The notes under the pieces were generated by a model that was given only the letters and a program-made list of their open reading frames with translations, was not told the DNA's origin and searched no databases. Positions 19,905 through 30,410 of a stretch of 55,910 bases of DNA are shown here, piece after piece (position 1 is the stretch's first letter; each line of letters opens with the position of its first letter). This DNA comes from a virus (taxonomy: Duplodnaviria; Caudoviricetes). Made by a program: the position numbers and the translations under genes. The DNA lies in the IMG/VR virus record IMGVR_UViG_3300043446_005140, positions 1 through 55,910 of that record; one strand, given 5' to 3'.

Positions 19905-21932
19905 TTGGTCACTTGGGCCAGTCTACGATGGCCAGTTGAGTGGAACATGCCTATAGATTTGGATCAAAACCGACGCGCCCAGGCACTGTTGGCTTCTTTT
20001 GCCGAACCGGCAACGGTTCCGATGGAACCTGCGGTAATGATGACATCGGCCCAGCCGGCGATGATTCCTACCGCTGGACAACCCACGGTCCCAGGTGCAC
20101 CCGAAATCCCCGGCGCCATAGCTATTCCGGAAATCGGCCCAGCTAACGTCGGAGATCGCAATAGTTTGCGATTCGTTGGACCAGGTATGAAACCAGGCGT
20201 GTTTAACGACCCGTTTGCAGGTAAGCCGCTTGCCGAAAGTGGTCCAGTTGCCGGACCCCCTGTATTGCCAACGACGGGCCTGGTAGTTACGGATCCGTTT
20301 TCTGGAAAACCGATATCCCAGCCACTGGTGGGACCAAACGCCAGCCAGGCTAGTAATGCACCCAGTCCACCCGGCCCAGCCAGTGTTGCAAACGTTCCTG
20401 GTAAGCCGGCGACCAAGTTGGCTCCAGTCGCCGTCTCAGTTGCCAGCCAGGCGCCCAGTGCCCTTCCGCTAAACAGTGGTTTGCCCACCGAAGAGGGTGG
20501 TGAATTGTTCCGGAAAACAGCCAGCCCTGCGTTGGACAAGTCCGTTGTGGCCGCCATAGACACCGGGAAGGCCACGCCGGAATGGTCTTCGGATCCAGCC
20601 ACGCGCCAAAAACAAATTGGCGAGGCAATGGTGGCCCAGGTCAAAGACGAGGCTGCTTTGCAAGCTGCAAATATCAACGCCGCCGCAGCTCGTGAAGATG
20701 AAGTTCTGGCGAAAGAAGATCAATACAACTCCGAAGCAAGACTTCGAGAGGACGAACGCCAAAAGCGGGAAAACGAACGTCTGAAGATATTGACGAACGC
20801 CCAAGAAAAAATTTCCGCCGCCGAACAAGACGCGAAGAACTTTGACATCCAGGACGGTGGATTTGTCAAACGAAACCCAGGGGCCATCCTGGCCATGATC
20901 GGGGCGGTGTTCGGTGGGGCGCTGGCCGGCAGAACGGGACAACCAAATACTGCCCTGCAATCGCTGGATGCGATGATCAATCGAGACATCCAGGCTCAAA
21001 AAGATAAGTACAATCAAAAGCGTACCAGTGTTGCCGACGCTGCAACGTCTTATGGACGTTTACGGGAGCACTTTGGCGACGAACGTACGGCAGATTTGAT
21101 GGCAGAGACGAACATTCGTCGGAATCTAAATGACGAACTAGCGAACATGATCGCCAAGTCGAAAAATGATCAGTTTCGCGAAACGGCTGCGATTATGCTG
21201 CAAGATGGTCGCAAAAAAGAGCTGAGTTTGTTGGATCAATTGACAGGTCGCGAAGTTGCAAAAGCCCAAGCGCAAGCCTCGGCAGTTCGCGCTGCAAGTG
21301 CCGAAGAGTCTAAGAGAGCGTTTGAGCTTATGAAGATGGGCATAAGCCACAAGTATAATATGGAGGAAAAGGGTATCGAGGCAGGCGATAAGCAACAAGC
21401 ATCTTTGCAGCAACGATGGGTGCCCGCCGTCCAGGGGTTCGCCGCTAGCCCGGAAGAGGCAAAAGGTCTGAAAGATGCAACCGAGGTTCGCCAGCTAATT
21501 AATACCGAAGTACCGTCGATCATCGAACGGTTTAGAAAACTCGGTGCGCCGGGACGTGCTCTAGACTGGAATGGTGAGCGGTCAAAACTTGTCCAGGATC
21601 TTGGGCAGTTGGTGTCTGCCGTCAAAAACAAGATCACACAAGCTGGTAGTTCGTTGACGCAAACGGAAAAGGATTTGATCGGTATCAGCGAACAAGATGT
21701 GAATGCGATCTTCGACGTTCGTGACCAAGTACCTGCAAAGCTACAGAACTTTATGCGCGGCGTCTCCCAGGTTGTCGACACCCGTATCAACAATGCTGGG
21801 ATTCAAAAGGGTACGCAATCCTATCGAGAGAACGCGGTTACCGGTCGCCTGGAGCCATATTACGAACTCAGCGGTTCAACGGTCAACGCAGTGCGTCCTG
21901 ACTCATTTCCAAAAGCACCGGATAGCAAATAA
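19905..21932 (+). CDS. Putative ejection/internal virion protein
   Basis: Pro-rich N-terminus, coiled coil and a Gly-rich hydrophobic segment (AILAMIGAVFGGALAG). Start probably ATG 19947. Confidence 0.6.
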   Translation: MVTWASLRWPVEWNMPIDLDQNRRAQALLASFAEPATVPMEPAVMMTSAQPAMIPTAGQPTVPGAPEIPGAIAIPEIGPANVGDRNSLRFVGPGMKPGVFNDPFAGKPLAESGPVAGPPVLPTTGLVVTDPFSGKPISQPLVGPNASQASNAPSPPGPASVANVPGKPATKLAPVAVSVASQAPSALPLNSGLPTEEGGELFRKTASPALDKSVVAAIDTGKATPEWSSDPATRQKQIGEAMVAQVKDEAALQAANINAAAAREDEVLAKEDQYNSEARLREDERQKRENERLKILTNAQEKISAAEQDAKNFDIQDGGFVKRNPGAILAMIGAVFGGALAGRTGQPNTALQSLDAMINRDIQAQKDKYNQKRTSVADAATSYGRLREHFGDERTADLMAETNIRRNLNDELANMIAKSKNDQFRETAAIMLQDGRKKELSLLDQLTGREVAKAQAQASAVRAASAEESKRAFELMKMGISHKYNMEEKGIEAGDKQQASLQQRWVPAVQGFAASPEEAKGLKDATEVRQLINTEVPSIIERFRKLGAPGRALDWNGERSKLVQDLGQLVSAVKNKITQAGSSLTQTEKDLIGISEQDVNAIFDVRDQVPAKLQNFMRGVSQVVDTRINNAGIQKGTQSYRENAVTGRLEPYYELSGSTVNAVRPDSFPKAPDSK

Positions 21933-24715
21933 TGGCGGACCCGAATCAACCGCAGCAACCCGTTACAGGAACTGGAACACCGACCGCGCCGGTCGATCAG
22001 TTATTGCCACCCGTTGACAACGCCGTCAAAGTCATCAATCCGCAGGGAAATATCCATCTTGTGCCAGTCGACCAAGTGGACGCGGCACTAAAGAATGATC
22101 CATCGTTCCGTCCAATGACGGTTGCCGACCAGCGACGAGTTGATCTGGGCAAACAGTATGGTGGGTTTGTCGGGCAAGGATTGGCGGCTGGTTTGGGTCT
22201 CGCTAGGGGAGTCGGCGGACCACTGGTTGACGTGGCAGGAACCGCCATTGGCGGCGACAAATATCGGGAAATTGCAAGTGCCGTCGCCGAAGAAAATCCC
22301 GGTACGTTGATGGCCGGCGAACTTGCTGGATTTGTTGGACCTGCACTATTGACGGGTGGCGCATCGGTGGCCGCAAAAGCGGGTGCAACTGGTGCTGCAA
22401 CGGCTGCAAAAGCAACCGGTGCCGGACTGGCAAAAGCCGGCATCTTCCCGAAGGCAGTTGAATTGGCGGGTAATATCGCCGAGCGCGGAGCCGAGAAACT
22501 GGTCGGAAACGCTGCGACGGGCGTGGTTGCGCGAGGGGCACAACGTGCGGCAGCAATGGGCTCCAGGTTTGCCGCTGAAACCGCTGCATTCGAGCTGTCA
22601 AATCAGGTTACGGATGATCTCGTAAAGAACCACGAGATGCACGCGGAAAACTATTTTTCAGCCGCTACACGTGGGGCGTTAACCGGGGCGGCAATCGGTG
22701 CACCGCTCGGGTTTGTCGGTGGGGTCATTGGGCGAGTCGCTGGCAAAGGTGCGGAATGGGTTGCTAAACCGTCGACACAAGCCAAGCTGGAAAACATTGC
22801 GTATGACAGCGCTGTCAAGGCCACGGGAGCCAAGACGCCAGAGCTGAAAAAGATCGTAGGCGTTCGGAACGTATATGACGCCGAAGGTAACTTGATTGCG
22901 GAAGCCGGCAGCAAAGCTGCTTACGATGCCTCGATTGAAAAGCTAGGTAAGACGCTACTGGAAAAGGATCCACTCGCCGGTGTGGCGCCGGTCAACATCA
23001 CAACCAAGCCCGGCGAAGTTGCTGATTTCGCAAACTTGAAGATTCGTCAATTTCTCGGTAACGATCTTGGAAAGATTCATACAAAGGTGGCGGACGCCTC
23101 GTTTGATGTTGAAAAAGTGTTTCAGCGTCTGAATGACGAAGTGTTGGAAGATGCCGCGAGGAACGCATTTACATCGGAGCACACCTCTGCGGTTCGGCGC
23201 GTGTTGGATCTGTTTAACAACGCCGAAAACAGGTTGCTTGCCAAAGACTACGAGATTGTATTTGGTGGCAAATCCGAAATTCCTGGCAAGATCGGGTTTC
23301 ACGATACCGACGCAAAGATTACTTGGTACAAGGACGACGGGGGGTATTTCCGACTAGAAAGCCAAGCGGGCCAGCCGGCACCGGTCAAGGTGTATGACCC
23401 GAAAGTCCAGCCATTTGCTCCCGATAAGAACAAATTGTCTTTGCTACAAGACATCTACCAGGATGTTGATCGTTCTACTGACTACAAGGTCCTGGCAGTC
23501 GAAAGCCCCATCAAAAACCAGTATTATCTGAAGACGCGCGGCATCCTTAGCGACGAATACCAACAGGCGGTTCGTTCCCAATATGGCGACGAATTAGCGG
23601 ATCGACTGCGGGAATTGAATGACCAGTATTCAACCTGGAAGAACATCGAAGCTCTTAGTATGCCCCAGCTAAAGCGCAGCCAAAGCAACAATTTCTTTGG
23701 TTTGAATGACATTATCAAAGGTGGGGTGCTGGCAAGCATCGGTACGCACACTGGCGGTGCAATCGGCGCAATGGTCGGTGGTCCAGTGGGTGGCGCATTG
23801 GGTGGCGCATTACTGGGAACGGCTGGCGGTGTGGCCGGTGCACTAGGGAACAGATTTGTTCGCGGTCGCGCCTCTGCCGTGGTTGCTGATCGAGCGATGG
23901 CAGTCCTGGAGGCCAGTCGGTTAACGACCTTCGCAGGTGACGTAGAGAACAAGATCACCAAGGCAGCCGAGTCATTCGTACGCGGTACCGGACGCACCGG
24001 ATCCCGTCTAATTGGCACCAGCGGAGTGTTGACCCCCAAGCAATACCAAACATCCGTCGAGACTGTGACCCGCCTGGCCCGCGATCCGATGGCGTTGAAT
24101 AATCATGTAAGCCAAATGGTTACTCCCGCTATGGCAAGCTCATTGCCCAGTGTGGTTGCCAGCGTGGCTGGCACTGCCCAGCGACAAGTCCAGTTTCTGG
24201 CCAGCAAGCTACCCCCCGACCCCCAGCCCATAAACGCCCTACAGCCGACGATCCCTGGCAGCAAATACCCACGGATGCCATCCATGACGGACCGGGCTAA
24301 ATGGTCCAGGTATATCGCCGCCGTCGAGAATCCAGAGTTGATGTTACGTCAAGCGGCGGCTGGTCAATTGGACCGTGAAACCGTCGAGGCCGTCCGAGCG
24401 GTATATCCGAACATGTTTAACCGCATGCGATCCGCCATTCTGACCGAGATCCCCAAGCTGAAAAAGCCACTGAACTCCCAGCAAACAGCCGCGTTGTCCC
24501 TGATTTTGGACACCCCCATTAGCCCGACCCAACAACCCAGTATGATCGCCATGTTCCAACAAGCCTTCGAGCCGAATTTCGCCGAGGAAACGGACAGTGG
24601 GGTTGGCCAGTCGAATGGTGCCGTAGGGGTGACCAATAGCAAGCCAGCTCGTCCCATTGACGTTGATGGCAAGTTCAAAACTACGGTTCAAGGCATGGAA
24701 GGGCGCATCCGGTGA
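21932..24715 (+). CDS. Large ejection/DNA-transfer protein
   Basis: 927 aa with several glycine-zipper hydrophobic segments. Confidence 0.65.
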   Translation: MADPNQPQQPVTGTGTPTAPVDQLLPPVDNAVKVINPQGNIHLVPVDQVDAALKNDPSFRPMTVADQRRVDLGKQYGGFVGQGLAAGLGLARGVGGPLVDVAGTAIGGDKYREIASAVAEENPGTLMAGELAGFVGPALLTGGASVAAKAGATGAATAAKATGAGLAKAGIFPKAVELAGNIAERGAEKLVGNAATGVVARGAQRAAAMGSRFAAETAAFELSNQVTDDLVKNHEMHAENYFSAATRGALTGAAIGAPLGFVGGVIGRVAGKGAEWVAKPSTQAKLENIAYDSAVKATGAKTPELKKIVGVRNVYDAEGNLIAEAGSKAAYDASIEKLGKTLLEKDPLAGVAPVNITTKPGEVADFANLKIRQFLGNDLGKIHTKVADASFDVEKVFQRLNDEVLEDAARNAFTSEHTSAVRRVLDLFNNAENRLLAKDYEIVFGGKSEIPGKIGFHDTDAKITWYKDDGGYFRLESQAGQPAPVKVYDPKVQPFAPDKNKLSLLQDIYQDVDRSTDYKVLAVESPIKNQYYLKTRGILSDEYQQAVRSQYGDELADRLRELNDQYSTWKNIEALSMPQLKRSQSNNFFGLNDIIKGGVLASIGTHTGGAIGAMVGGPVGGALGGALLGTAGGVAGALGNRFVRGRASAVVADRAMAVLEASRLTTFAGDVENKITKAAESFVRGTGRTGSRLIGTSGVLTPKQYQTSVETVTRLARDPMALNNHVSQMVTPAMASSLPSVVASVAGTAQRQVQFLASKLPPDPQPINALQPTIPGSKYPRMPSMTDRAKWSRYIAAVENPELMLRQAAAGQLDRETVEAVRAVYPNMFNRMRSAILTEIPKLKKPLNSQQTAALSLILDTPISPTQQPSMIAMFQQAFEPNFAEETDSGVGQSNGAVGVTNSKPARPIDVDGKFKTTVQGMEGRIR

Positions 24716-25128
24716 GCGAATCCGAATCTACCAGACAGGCGTGGAATGTTATTCCTCCAGTTGCCAGCGCTACGCCGGGCGAAGGTGTCACCTCCCTGAG
24801 TACGTCCACGACTGCATCGGTTGTGGACTTGTTCGATGCGTCGGGAAACCCCTATAAGGGGTATTTTTTCCGGTACCTGACGATTGTCGCGGACGGGGCA
24901 GACGTGTACTTCGCCTTTAGTTCGGCAAACGCGCCGTCCATTAGCAACACCGTTTCGGGTGTCTCGGTAACGGCAGGAACAACTGCGGCTGTACCGGCAA
25001 TTCTAAAAGATGGAGTGGCCATATCGGTACGGTTGGATTCAAATTCCCATCGGTACCTGCATCTAAAGGCGGCGTCCGGTACGCCATCGGTGCGGATCTA
25101 TCCGTCCAGCCAGCCGCGAGCCTTGTAA
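24712..25128 (+). CDS. Hypothetical structural protein
   Basis: Coupled (GTGA) beta-rich ORF. Confidence 0.6.
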   Translation: MSESESTRQAWNVIPPVASATPGEGVTSLSTSTTASVVDLFDASGNPYKGYFFRYLTIVADGADVYFAFSSANAPSISNTVSGVSVTAGTTAAVPAILKDGVAISVRLDSNSHRYLHLKAASGTPSVRIYPSSQPRAL

Positions 25129-25129
25129 G

Positions 25130-25417
25130 GTGGGCGATATGGAGCAATTGCGAGCCAGCGTGCCTGAGTCCACCAAGACATACTTGGACTATGCGATTGA
25201 TGCGCTGGTGGTCATTGCCGCCAGCGTTCTGCTGTACTGCAAGGTCATCTCCGATACCCAGTGGACAGCCACGGTTGTTGCCGTATCGGCGGGACGTGTT
25301 GCGCTAAGGGTGCCCGGAAATAATGGCGGATCCCCTCCCAGTGGCGGCGCGGTAACTGCACTTGCAATCGGTGTGATGTCGTTTCTCAAAACACACGCAC
25401 ACAAACCCACACTTTAG
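25130..25417 (+). CDS. Small membrane protein (holin candidate)
   Basis: Two to three hydrophobic segments and a basic C-terminus. Confidence 0.5.
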   Translation: MGDMEQLRASVPESTKTYLDYAIDALVVIAASVLLYCKVISDTQWTATVVAVSAGRVALRVPGNNGGSPPSGGAVTALAIGVMSFLKTHAHKPTL

Positions 25418-25472
25418 AAAATCGCATAAAAATCCGCCTGGCGCGATACGGAATGACAATCATACTAGGGAG

Positions 25473-25751
25473 ATGATTGCAATCCGCAAGTTTATCGCCA
25501 TCGGTTTGTTCGCCGTAATAATCGGCTGTCAATTGTTGACGCCACGGGTGATTCGCAGCGTGTTGGACGCAACGGAGCTGGCGTGCGTACTGCTGGCCGA
25601 GTCAACGTCGGCGGACGAGTTGATGACAATGTGCCGGATTGCTCCTGACTTGCGGGACGCCGTTGAGAACGCAATCGGTGCACGTATTGCCGCGCAAAAG
25701 GCAGGAGCGTTGAAGTCACGTGCCGACGCATCTCCGGACGCCTCTAACTAG
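25473..25751 (+). CDS. Putative lipoprotein
   Basis: Signal peptide ending in lipobox-like IIGC; GGAG RBS. Confidence 0.6.
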   Translation: MIAIRKFIAIGLFAVIIGCQLLTPRVIRSVLDATELACVLLAESTSADELMTMCRIAPDLRDAVENAIGARIAAQKAGALKSRADASPDASN

Positions 25752-26595
25752 GCGAACGCTTCTGACGGGAGCGATTGCCGTGGCCACAACCGGAATGTTG
25801 GAGACTAGCATGTTGACATCGAATGGACGCGGCATGGGCGCGTTGCTACAGCCCGAGGACTACAGAGATTACGACGCGGGGGTGTTGTTTGACGAATCGG
25901 ATCTGCCGGAGTCGGTGGATTTGACAGACCATCTCCCCGGAATCTTTGACCAGGGGTCGACTAATTCGTGCGTGGGGTGGGCCGTATGTACTGCCAGCTA
26001 TGTGCGAGCGAAGGCGGCTGGCCTGCAAAACGTCTACTACCCCAGCCCAATGGCGTTGTATGCGCTGGGGCGTGCCCGGCTAACGGGATCTCCCAAAGTG
26101 CCATTGGTCGACCGTGGCTCGCAACCGCGTAGCGTACTGGCAGCGGCAGCAACCTGGGGGTTGATCCCGGAGACTGCCTACGGGTTTGACCCTGCGAAAA
26201 TAAACCAGCGCCCTACGTGGCGAGCAATTGATGCGGGTGTCGGGTTCCGGCTCAAAGAATACTACTGGGTTTTGACCCACGGTCATGCGCGTGTCCTGGA
26301 TGCCAAACGCGCACTGGCGAACGGTTATCCCGTCATCATGTCGGTCGCAGTTGATCCGAGCTTCGAAGATCACATGACCATTGCCATTGGAAAACCCACT
26401 ACCCAGATACGTGGGTATCACATGATCACCCTGGTCGGATATCGCCCAGGCACCTCGGGGACCGTGTTCCAAGTGGCTAATTCGTGGGGCACCGGCTGGG
26501 GGTCCAATGGATTGGGGTGGCTGTCCGAGGAACGGTTGACGGATCTAACGACCAATTCGATTGCCGTGATTCAAACGGTTCCGGGTGAAAAGTGA
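25720..26595 (+). CDS. Papain-like C1 cysteine peptidase
   Basis: LPESVDL, DQGSTNSCVGWA (Gln/Cys), GYHMITLVGY (His), NSWG..WG..G (Asn). Confidence 0.92.
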   Translation: MPTHLRTPLTRRTLLTGAIAVATTGMLETSMLTSNGRGMGALLQPEDYRDYDAGVLFDESDLPESVDLTDHLPGIFDQGSTNSCVGWAVCTASYVRAKAAGLQNVYYPSPMALYALGRARLTGSPKVPLVDRGSQPRSVLAAAATWGLIPETAYGFDPAKINQRPTWRAIDAGVGFRLKEYYWVLTHGHARVLDAKRALANGYPVIMSVAVDPSFEDHMTIAIGKPTTQIRGYHMITLVGYRPGTSGTVFQVANSWGTGWGSNGLGWLSEERLTDLTTNSIAVIQTVPGEK

Positions 26596-26864
26596 ATAAA
26601 ATCATAAACTTAGCTGCGTTGTGTATGTTGGTCAGTGGATGCACCAAGGGATGTGCGTCCGATCCCGAACCGCCCAAGACGGTCGGATGTCCGGACGCTT
26701 GTGCCAAGTTGCGGGCGTTTGGATGTCCCGAAGGGCTGTCCGAGCATTGCGTTGCAGTATGCACAGAAATCCAAGAGTCCGGGTATCTCGAGGTTGATGT
26801 GCAATGCGTCGTCAATTCCAAAGATGCCATCCAAATCAAGGAGTGTGGTGTATGCGGGTCATGA
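26592..26864 (+). CDS. Cys-rich lipoprotein
   Basis: Lipobox VSGC followed by many Cys residues. Confidence 0.65.
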   Translation: MNKIINLAALCMLVSGCTKGCASDPEPPKTVGCPDACAKLRAFGCPEGLSEHCVAVCTEIQESGYLEVDVQCVVNSKDAIQIKECGVCGS

Positions 26865-27439
26865 CCAACGATCACGATAACGGGCTGGCTCGGATCAATG
26901 TCGTGAACTTCGACGAGGCAACGGTCGACGAAATGCGACGTTCGGTAAACCACTGTTTGGAGCACGAACAGCCGGCGATGATGATCGATATCTGCACCGA
27001 AGGCGGATACGTCTATGAGTTGTTGGCCATGATTGACCTGGTGGAAGCGGCCAAGGCCAAGGGGGTCACAATTGTCACCTACGCCAGCGGCAAGGCGCTT
27101 AGTTCGGGGGCCGTATTGCTGGCCAGCGGCACACCGGGTCATCGGTATGCGGGTCACCATGCAACGGTGATGGTGCACGAGGTGCACGGCGGGGCATCTG
27201 GGGAGCCGACTCGCGCAACCGGAGGTGTTCGCGAGCTAACTCGGTTAAACAAGCGTCTGATCGGATTGTTGGGCGAGTACTCAGGCAAGGGCTACCAACA
27301 TTTCGTCGAGTTAATCCAGTCCAAGGACGGACCGGACGTATACCTGGATGCTCCCAAGGCCAAACGCAACGGGTTGGTGGATCACATCGGGACGCCGTTT
27401 CACTTGGCTCGTACCGACATCTCGCACGTGGTGGTATAA
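26861..27439 (+). CDS. clpP: ClpP-like S14 peptidase
   Basis: TEGG, ALSSG (Ser), MVHE (His), DVYLDA..A...GLVD (Asp). Confidence 0.88.
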   Translation: MTNDHDNGLARINVVNFDEATVDEMRRSVNHCLEHEQPAMMIDICTEGGYVYELLAMIDLVEAAKAKGVTIVTYASGKALSSGAVLLASGTPGHRYAGHHATVMVHEVHGGASGEPTRATGGVRELTRLNKRLIGLLGEYSGKGYQHFVELIQSKDGPDVYLDAPKAKRNGLVDHIGTPFHLARTDISHVVV

Positions 27440-28413
27440 TGGCAGTTACATGGTCAAGTGAACTCGAGGGCGCACTGATCCGTATTCTGGGCGGGTGTGA
27501 CTCGGTTGCGGACGCAATCGCAGTTGCCAACGATACACTGGGAATCCAGTTGACTCGCAAGGGGTTGAATCACCGATTTGCGGCAATGGGCTATGGCCCA
27601 CCCAGCGTATTTCTCCGGACGGCAATCGCCGAACCGGAGCTGCGTCGGGTACTGTTTGTCCCCGATTGCCATCATCCATTCGTCGACCGTACGGCTTGGG
27701 ATTTGTTACTGGAGACTGCCAGACGGTGGCAACCGCATGCGCTTGTGATCTTGGGGGATTTTGCCGACTTTTACGCGGTATCATTCTTCGCCAAGAATCC
27801 TGGGCGCAAGAATTTGCTGGCAGACGAAATAGCTGCAACCCGAACGGCGTTGGGCGAATTGGCAGGAGCGGCTGGCTCGCAATGTCGAACCCGTGTGTTC
27901 CTAGAGGGCAACCACGAAGAACGTTTAAAAAGGTACGTCACCCAAAATGCCCCCGCTTTGCATGGTCTATTGGACATCCAGGGCGCGCTGGGTATCCGAG
28001 AACACGGCTTTCAGTGGGTCCCGTACAAGCAATCCTACCAGATGGGTAAATTGCGGATCTCGCATGATTTCGGCAAGCATGGCGCAGGAGCGATCTTGGA
28101 CGCTCGGAATACCGTCGAGGGGAATGCGGTCATTGGACACGTCCACTCGCTTGGGACCGTCTACAGGGCCAATATCCACGGGGATATTCACGTTGGAGCG
28201 GCGTTTGGCTGGCTGGGGGATTTCGGGGCCGTCGACTACAGGCACGCCGATAAAGCACGTCGGGACTGGGCGCACGGGTTTGGGATCGGCTACTTGGAGC
28301 AAAACGGGAACATCCATCTCCAGGCAATTCCGATAGTTGGCCGAAAAGTCGTCATTGACGGCAAAATAATCGAAAATGCACATGGTCAACAGGCGTGTGC
28401 CATTGCGGTGTGA
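27439..28413 (+). CDS. Calcineurin-like metallophosphoesterase with N-terminal extension
   Basis: DCHHP, GDFAD, GNHE, SH and GHVH motifs. Confidence 0.9.
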   Translation: MAVTWSSELEGALIRILGGCDSVADAIAVANDTLGIQLTRKGLNHRFAAMGYGPPSVFLRTAIAEPELRRVLFVPDCHHPFVDRTAWDLLLETARRWQPHALVILGDFADFYAVSFFAKNPGRKNLLADEIAATRTALGELAGAAGSQCRTRVFLEGNHEERLKRYVTQNAPALHGLLDIQGALGIREHGFQWVPYKQSYQMGKLRISHDFGKHGAGAILDARNTVEGNAVIGHVHSLGTVYRANIHGDIHVGAAFGWLGDFGAVDYRHADKARRDWAHGFGIGYLEQNGNIHLQAIPIVGRKVVIDGKIIENAHGQQACAIAV

Positions 28414-29453
28414 ACCGCCGTCCTGGACTAAGTACACGTAGGGCTGCCCGAAAACCGGCGAGTGGTGCACCTGCACCTGTGATCTCGTCTTTGAGTGCGT
28501 CATCGGGAGAACGATGGTTTGCGTCCACATCAATGACACTCAGTGGATCAAATTTTGACGCCGGAGCGGTTGTTAATTTCGGTGCGTCGTCGAACATTTC
28601 TGCCACTTATAGCGCTGGCGTATTGTCGTTTACGGTTCCAGAGTCCGAGTTTTATGAAACCGGCACCAAGAATGTAACGGTCACGTACAACGGCCAGACA
28701 TCGAACGCACTGACGTTCACGGTTTCACAACCATCTATATTGATCCAGGATCTAAGGGCGGATCGTGGCATTACGCTAAACGGGTCTAAGGTGTCCGCGT
28801 GGTCAAGTAGTGACACATCCGGCGATTCAAACCGAACCGTCTCCCAGGCAACCGCCAGTTTGCAGCCTACGTTTCAATCGTCAGACTCGAACTTTAATAA
28901 TAAGCCGTCTGTCAAGTTTACCAAGGCAAACGCTACGAGACTGGTGTCGGGCGCGTTTTCAACTGGAAATTGGGCGCAGACAACCTATGCAGGTGTGATC
29001 AAATCCGATCAATCCGGTAATGGCGCATGGTGGCTTGCGGACGGCTTAACTAGCGGAACCAGATCATTCGTCGGGTCGTACAACAACTTCTCTGCTTCTA
29101 CCGGTTTCTTCATGTACCGAGGTGGAAGTACGGAAACCTTCGCTCTGAGTACAGTCACCACGGCGTCCGCGATATTCACACAATTCGAGGGTTCTGTAGG
29201 AGGCGCGACAACCGAGCGCATTTATGTACGTAGCGCATCTTCGGGTACAAGTGCGACCAAGGGAACAAATAACGGACAAACTGGTCTGACGCTTGGAGAT
29301 CGATTCGCGGCATACACTACAGACGGTGCAGGTTCGTGGGAAGGTGCAGTTGCGGAATGGTTAATGTTCAATGCGCCATTGACGGAAGCCCAACGCACCC
29401 GACTAGGCAATTACTTTGGCAACCGATACGGCTCGGGCGTAATGACACCGTGA
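28395..29453 (+). CDS. IPT/TIG plus LamG-like protein (possible receptor-binding protein)
   Basis: PVISSLS...LSGSNF..GAVVNFG...SNALTFTV TIG pattern, then LRADRGI...VSAW lectin-like domain; Ser/Thr-rich. Confidence 0.7.
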   Translation: MCHCGVNRRPGLSTRRAARKPASGAPAPVISSLSASSGERWFASTSMTLSGSNFDAGAVVNFGASSNISATYSAGVLSFTVPESEFYETGTKNVTVTYNGQTSNALTFTVSQPSILIQDLRADRGITLNGSKVSAWSSSDTSGDSNRTVSQATASLQPTFQSSDSNFNNKPSVKFTKANATRLVSGAFSTGNWAQTTYAGVIKSDQSGNGAWWLADGLTSGTRSFVGSYNNFSASTGFFMYRGGSTETFALSTVTTASAIFTQFEGSVGGATTERIYVRSASSGTSATKGTNNGQTGLTLGDRFAAYTTDGAGSWEGAVAEWLMFNAPLTEAQRTRLGNYFGNRYGSGVMTP

Positions 29454-29463
29454 GTAATTCGAA

Positions 29464-29769
29464 ATGCAATACGTAATATCCGACACGCAGACCATTCAAC
29501 AGTTGTCCGATTTGGTGGACGCAGCCCTTGGGTTTCCTATTTGGGGCACGGATGCGGATACAGGTGAATTGATCTTGCCGACTCCTGGACAAGACCCTGC
29601 GACGGTCAGAGGGGTGTCGCTGCATTGGGCGCAACCGATCCCCAAGCATGATGACCCGACCCAATCTGCTTATCCGTACGATGCCACGACCGCCCCATTC
29701 TGCGATGCAGTCGGATTACAACCTGTTGAATTGCCGACCGACTGGTTCCCGCCGTTTCAACTTCCATGA
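29464..29769 (+). CDS. Hypothetical protein
   Basis: Operonic ORF with ATGA coupling to the next gene. Confidence 0.65.
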   Translation: MQYVISDTQTIQQLSDLVDAALGFPIWGTDADTGELILPTPGQDPATVRGVSLHWAQPIPKHDDPTQSAYPYDATTAPFCDAVGLQPVELPTDWFPPFQLP

Positions 29770-30410
29770 GCATTCTGGACGCCGCGTATAACGATGCGTT
29801 TTTCGATGCGCTATTGAACCAGTGTCCGGCAGTTGGGATCGTACCCGAGGACTTTTTGTTGCTGATCGCAGGGGAGTGTGACTTCGTTTGGCGCGCAAAA
29901 AATAAATACGGCTTCCAGGGCATGACCCAAATGGGTGGTCCCGCGTTACTCGCAGCGGGATGGGACGCGACCAAGATGGGCGAGTTTTGCGCCGCATTGC
30001 CCGTTGTGCAGTTGCCGTACTCCCTGAGTTATTTTCGGCACTGGCGGAAATCGACGCCCAACAACCGATTTGAAAGCGCTGGAATGCTTTGGCTGGCCAA
30101 TCTGGCGCCGGCGCACCTGAAACGGACCGATGGGGTGGTCTACTCGAAAGCCCAGCACCCGTTGCAATACAACGCCAACTCGGGGCTGGATTTGGACCGG
30201 GATGGGGTCATCTCGGTAAACGACCTGACGGCCAAGATGCAGCGACTCGTGGACGGCACGGCTCCCGGCAGAGCGCGTACCGCCAAACTGTACGCCGAAG
30301 CGGTTGCACGCCTGGAGGATCGCAGGCCACGCCCCGCACATGTCTCGGTGTATCCGGTCGTCGGAGACGGGGGCATCGTGTCCGTCGATGCCACCCCGGA
30401 GTCAAACTAG
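29766..30410 (+). CDS. Probable endolysin (lytic transglycosylase-like)
   Basis: Catalytic-like IAGEC, GMTQM motif and EF-hand-like YNANSGLDLDRDGVIS. Confidence 0.65.
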   Translation: MSILDAAYNDAFFDALLNQCPAVGIVPEDFLLLIAGECDFVWRAKNKYGFQGMTQMGGPALLAAGWDATKMGEFCAALPVVQLPYSLSYFRHWRKSTPNNRFESAGMLWLANLAPAHLKRTDGVVYSKAQHPLQYNANSGLDLDRDGVISVNDLTAKMQRLVDGTAPGRARTAKLYAEAVARLEDRRPRPAHVSVYPVVGDGGIVSVDATPESN

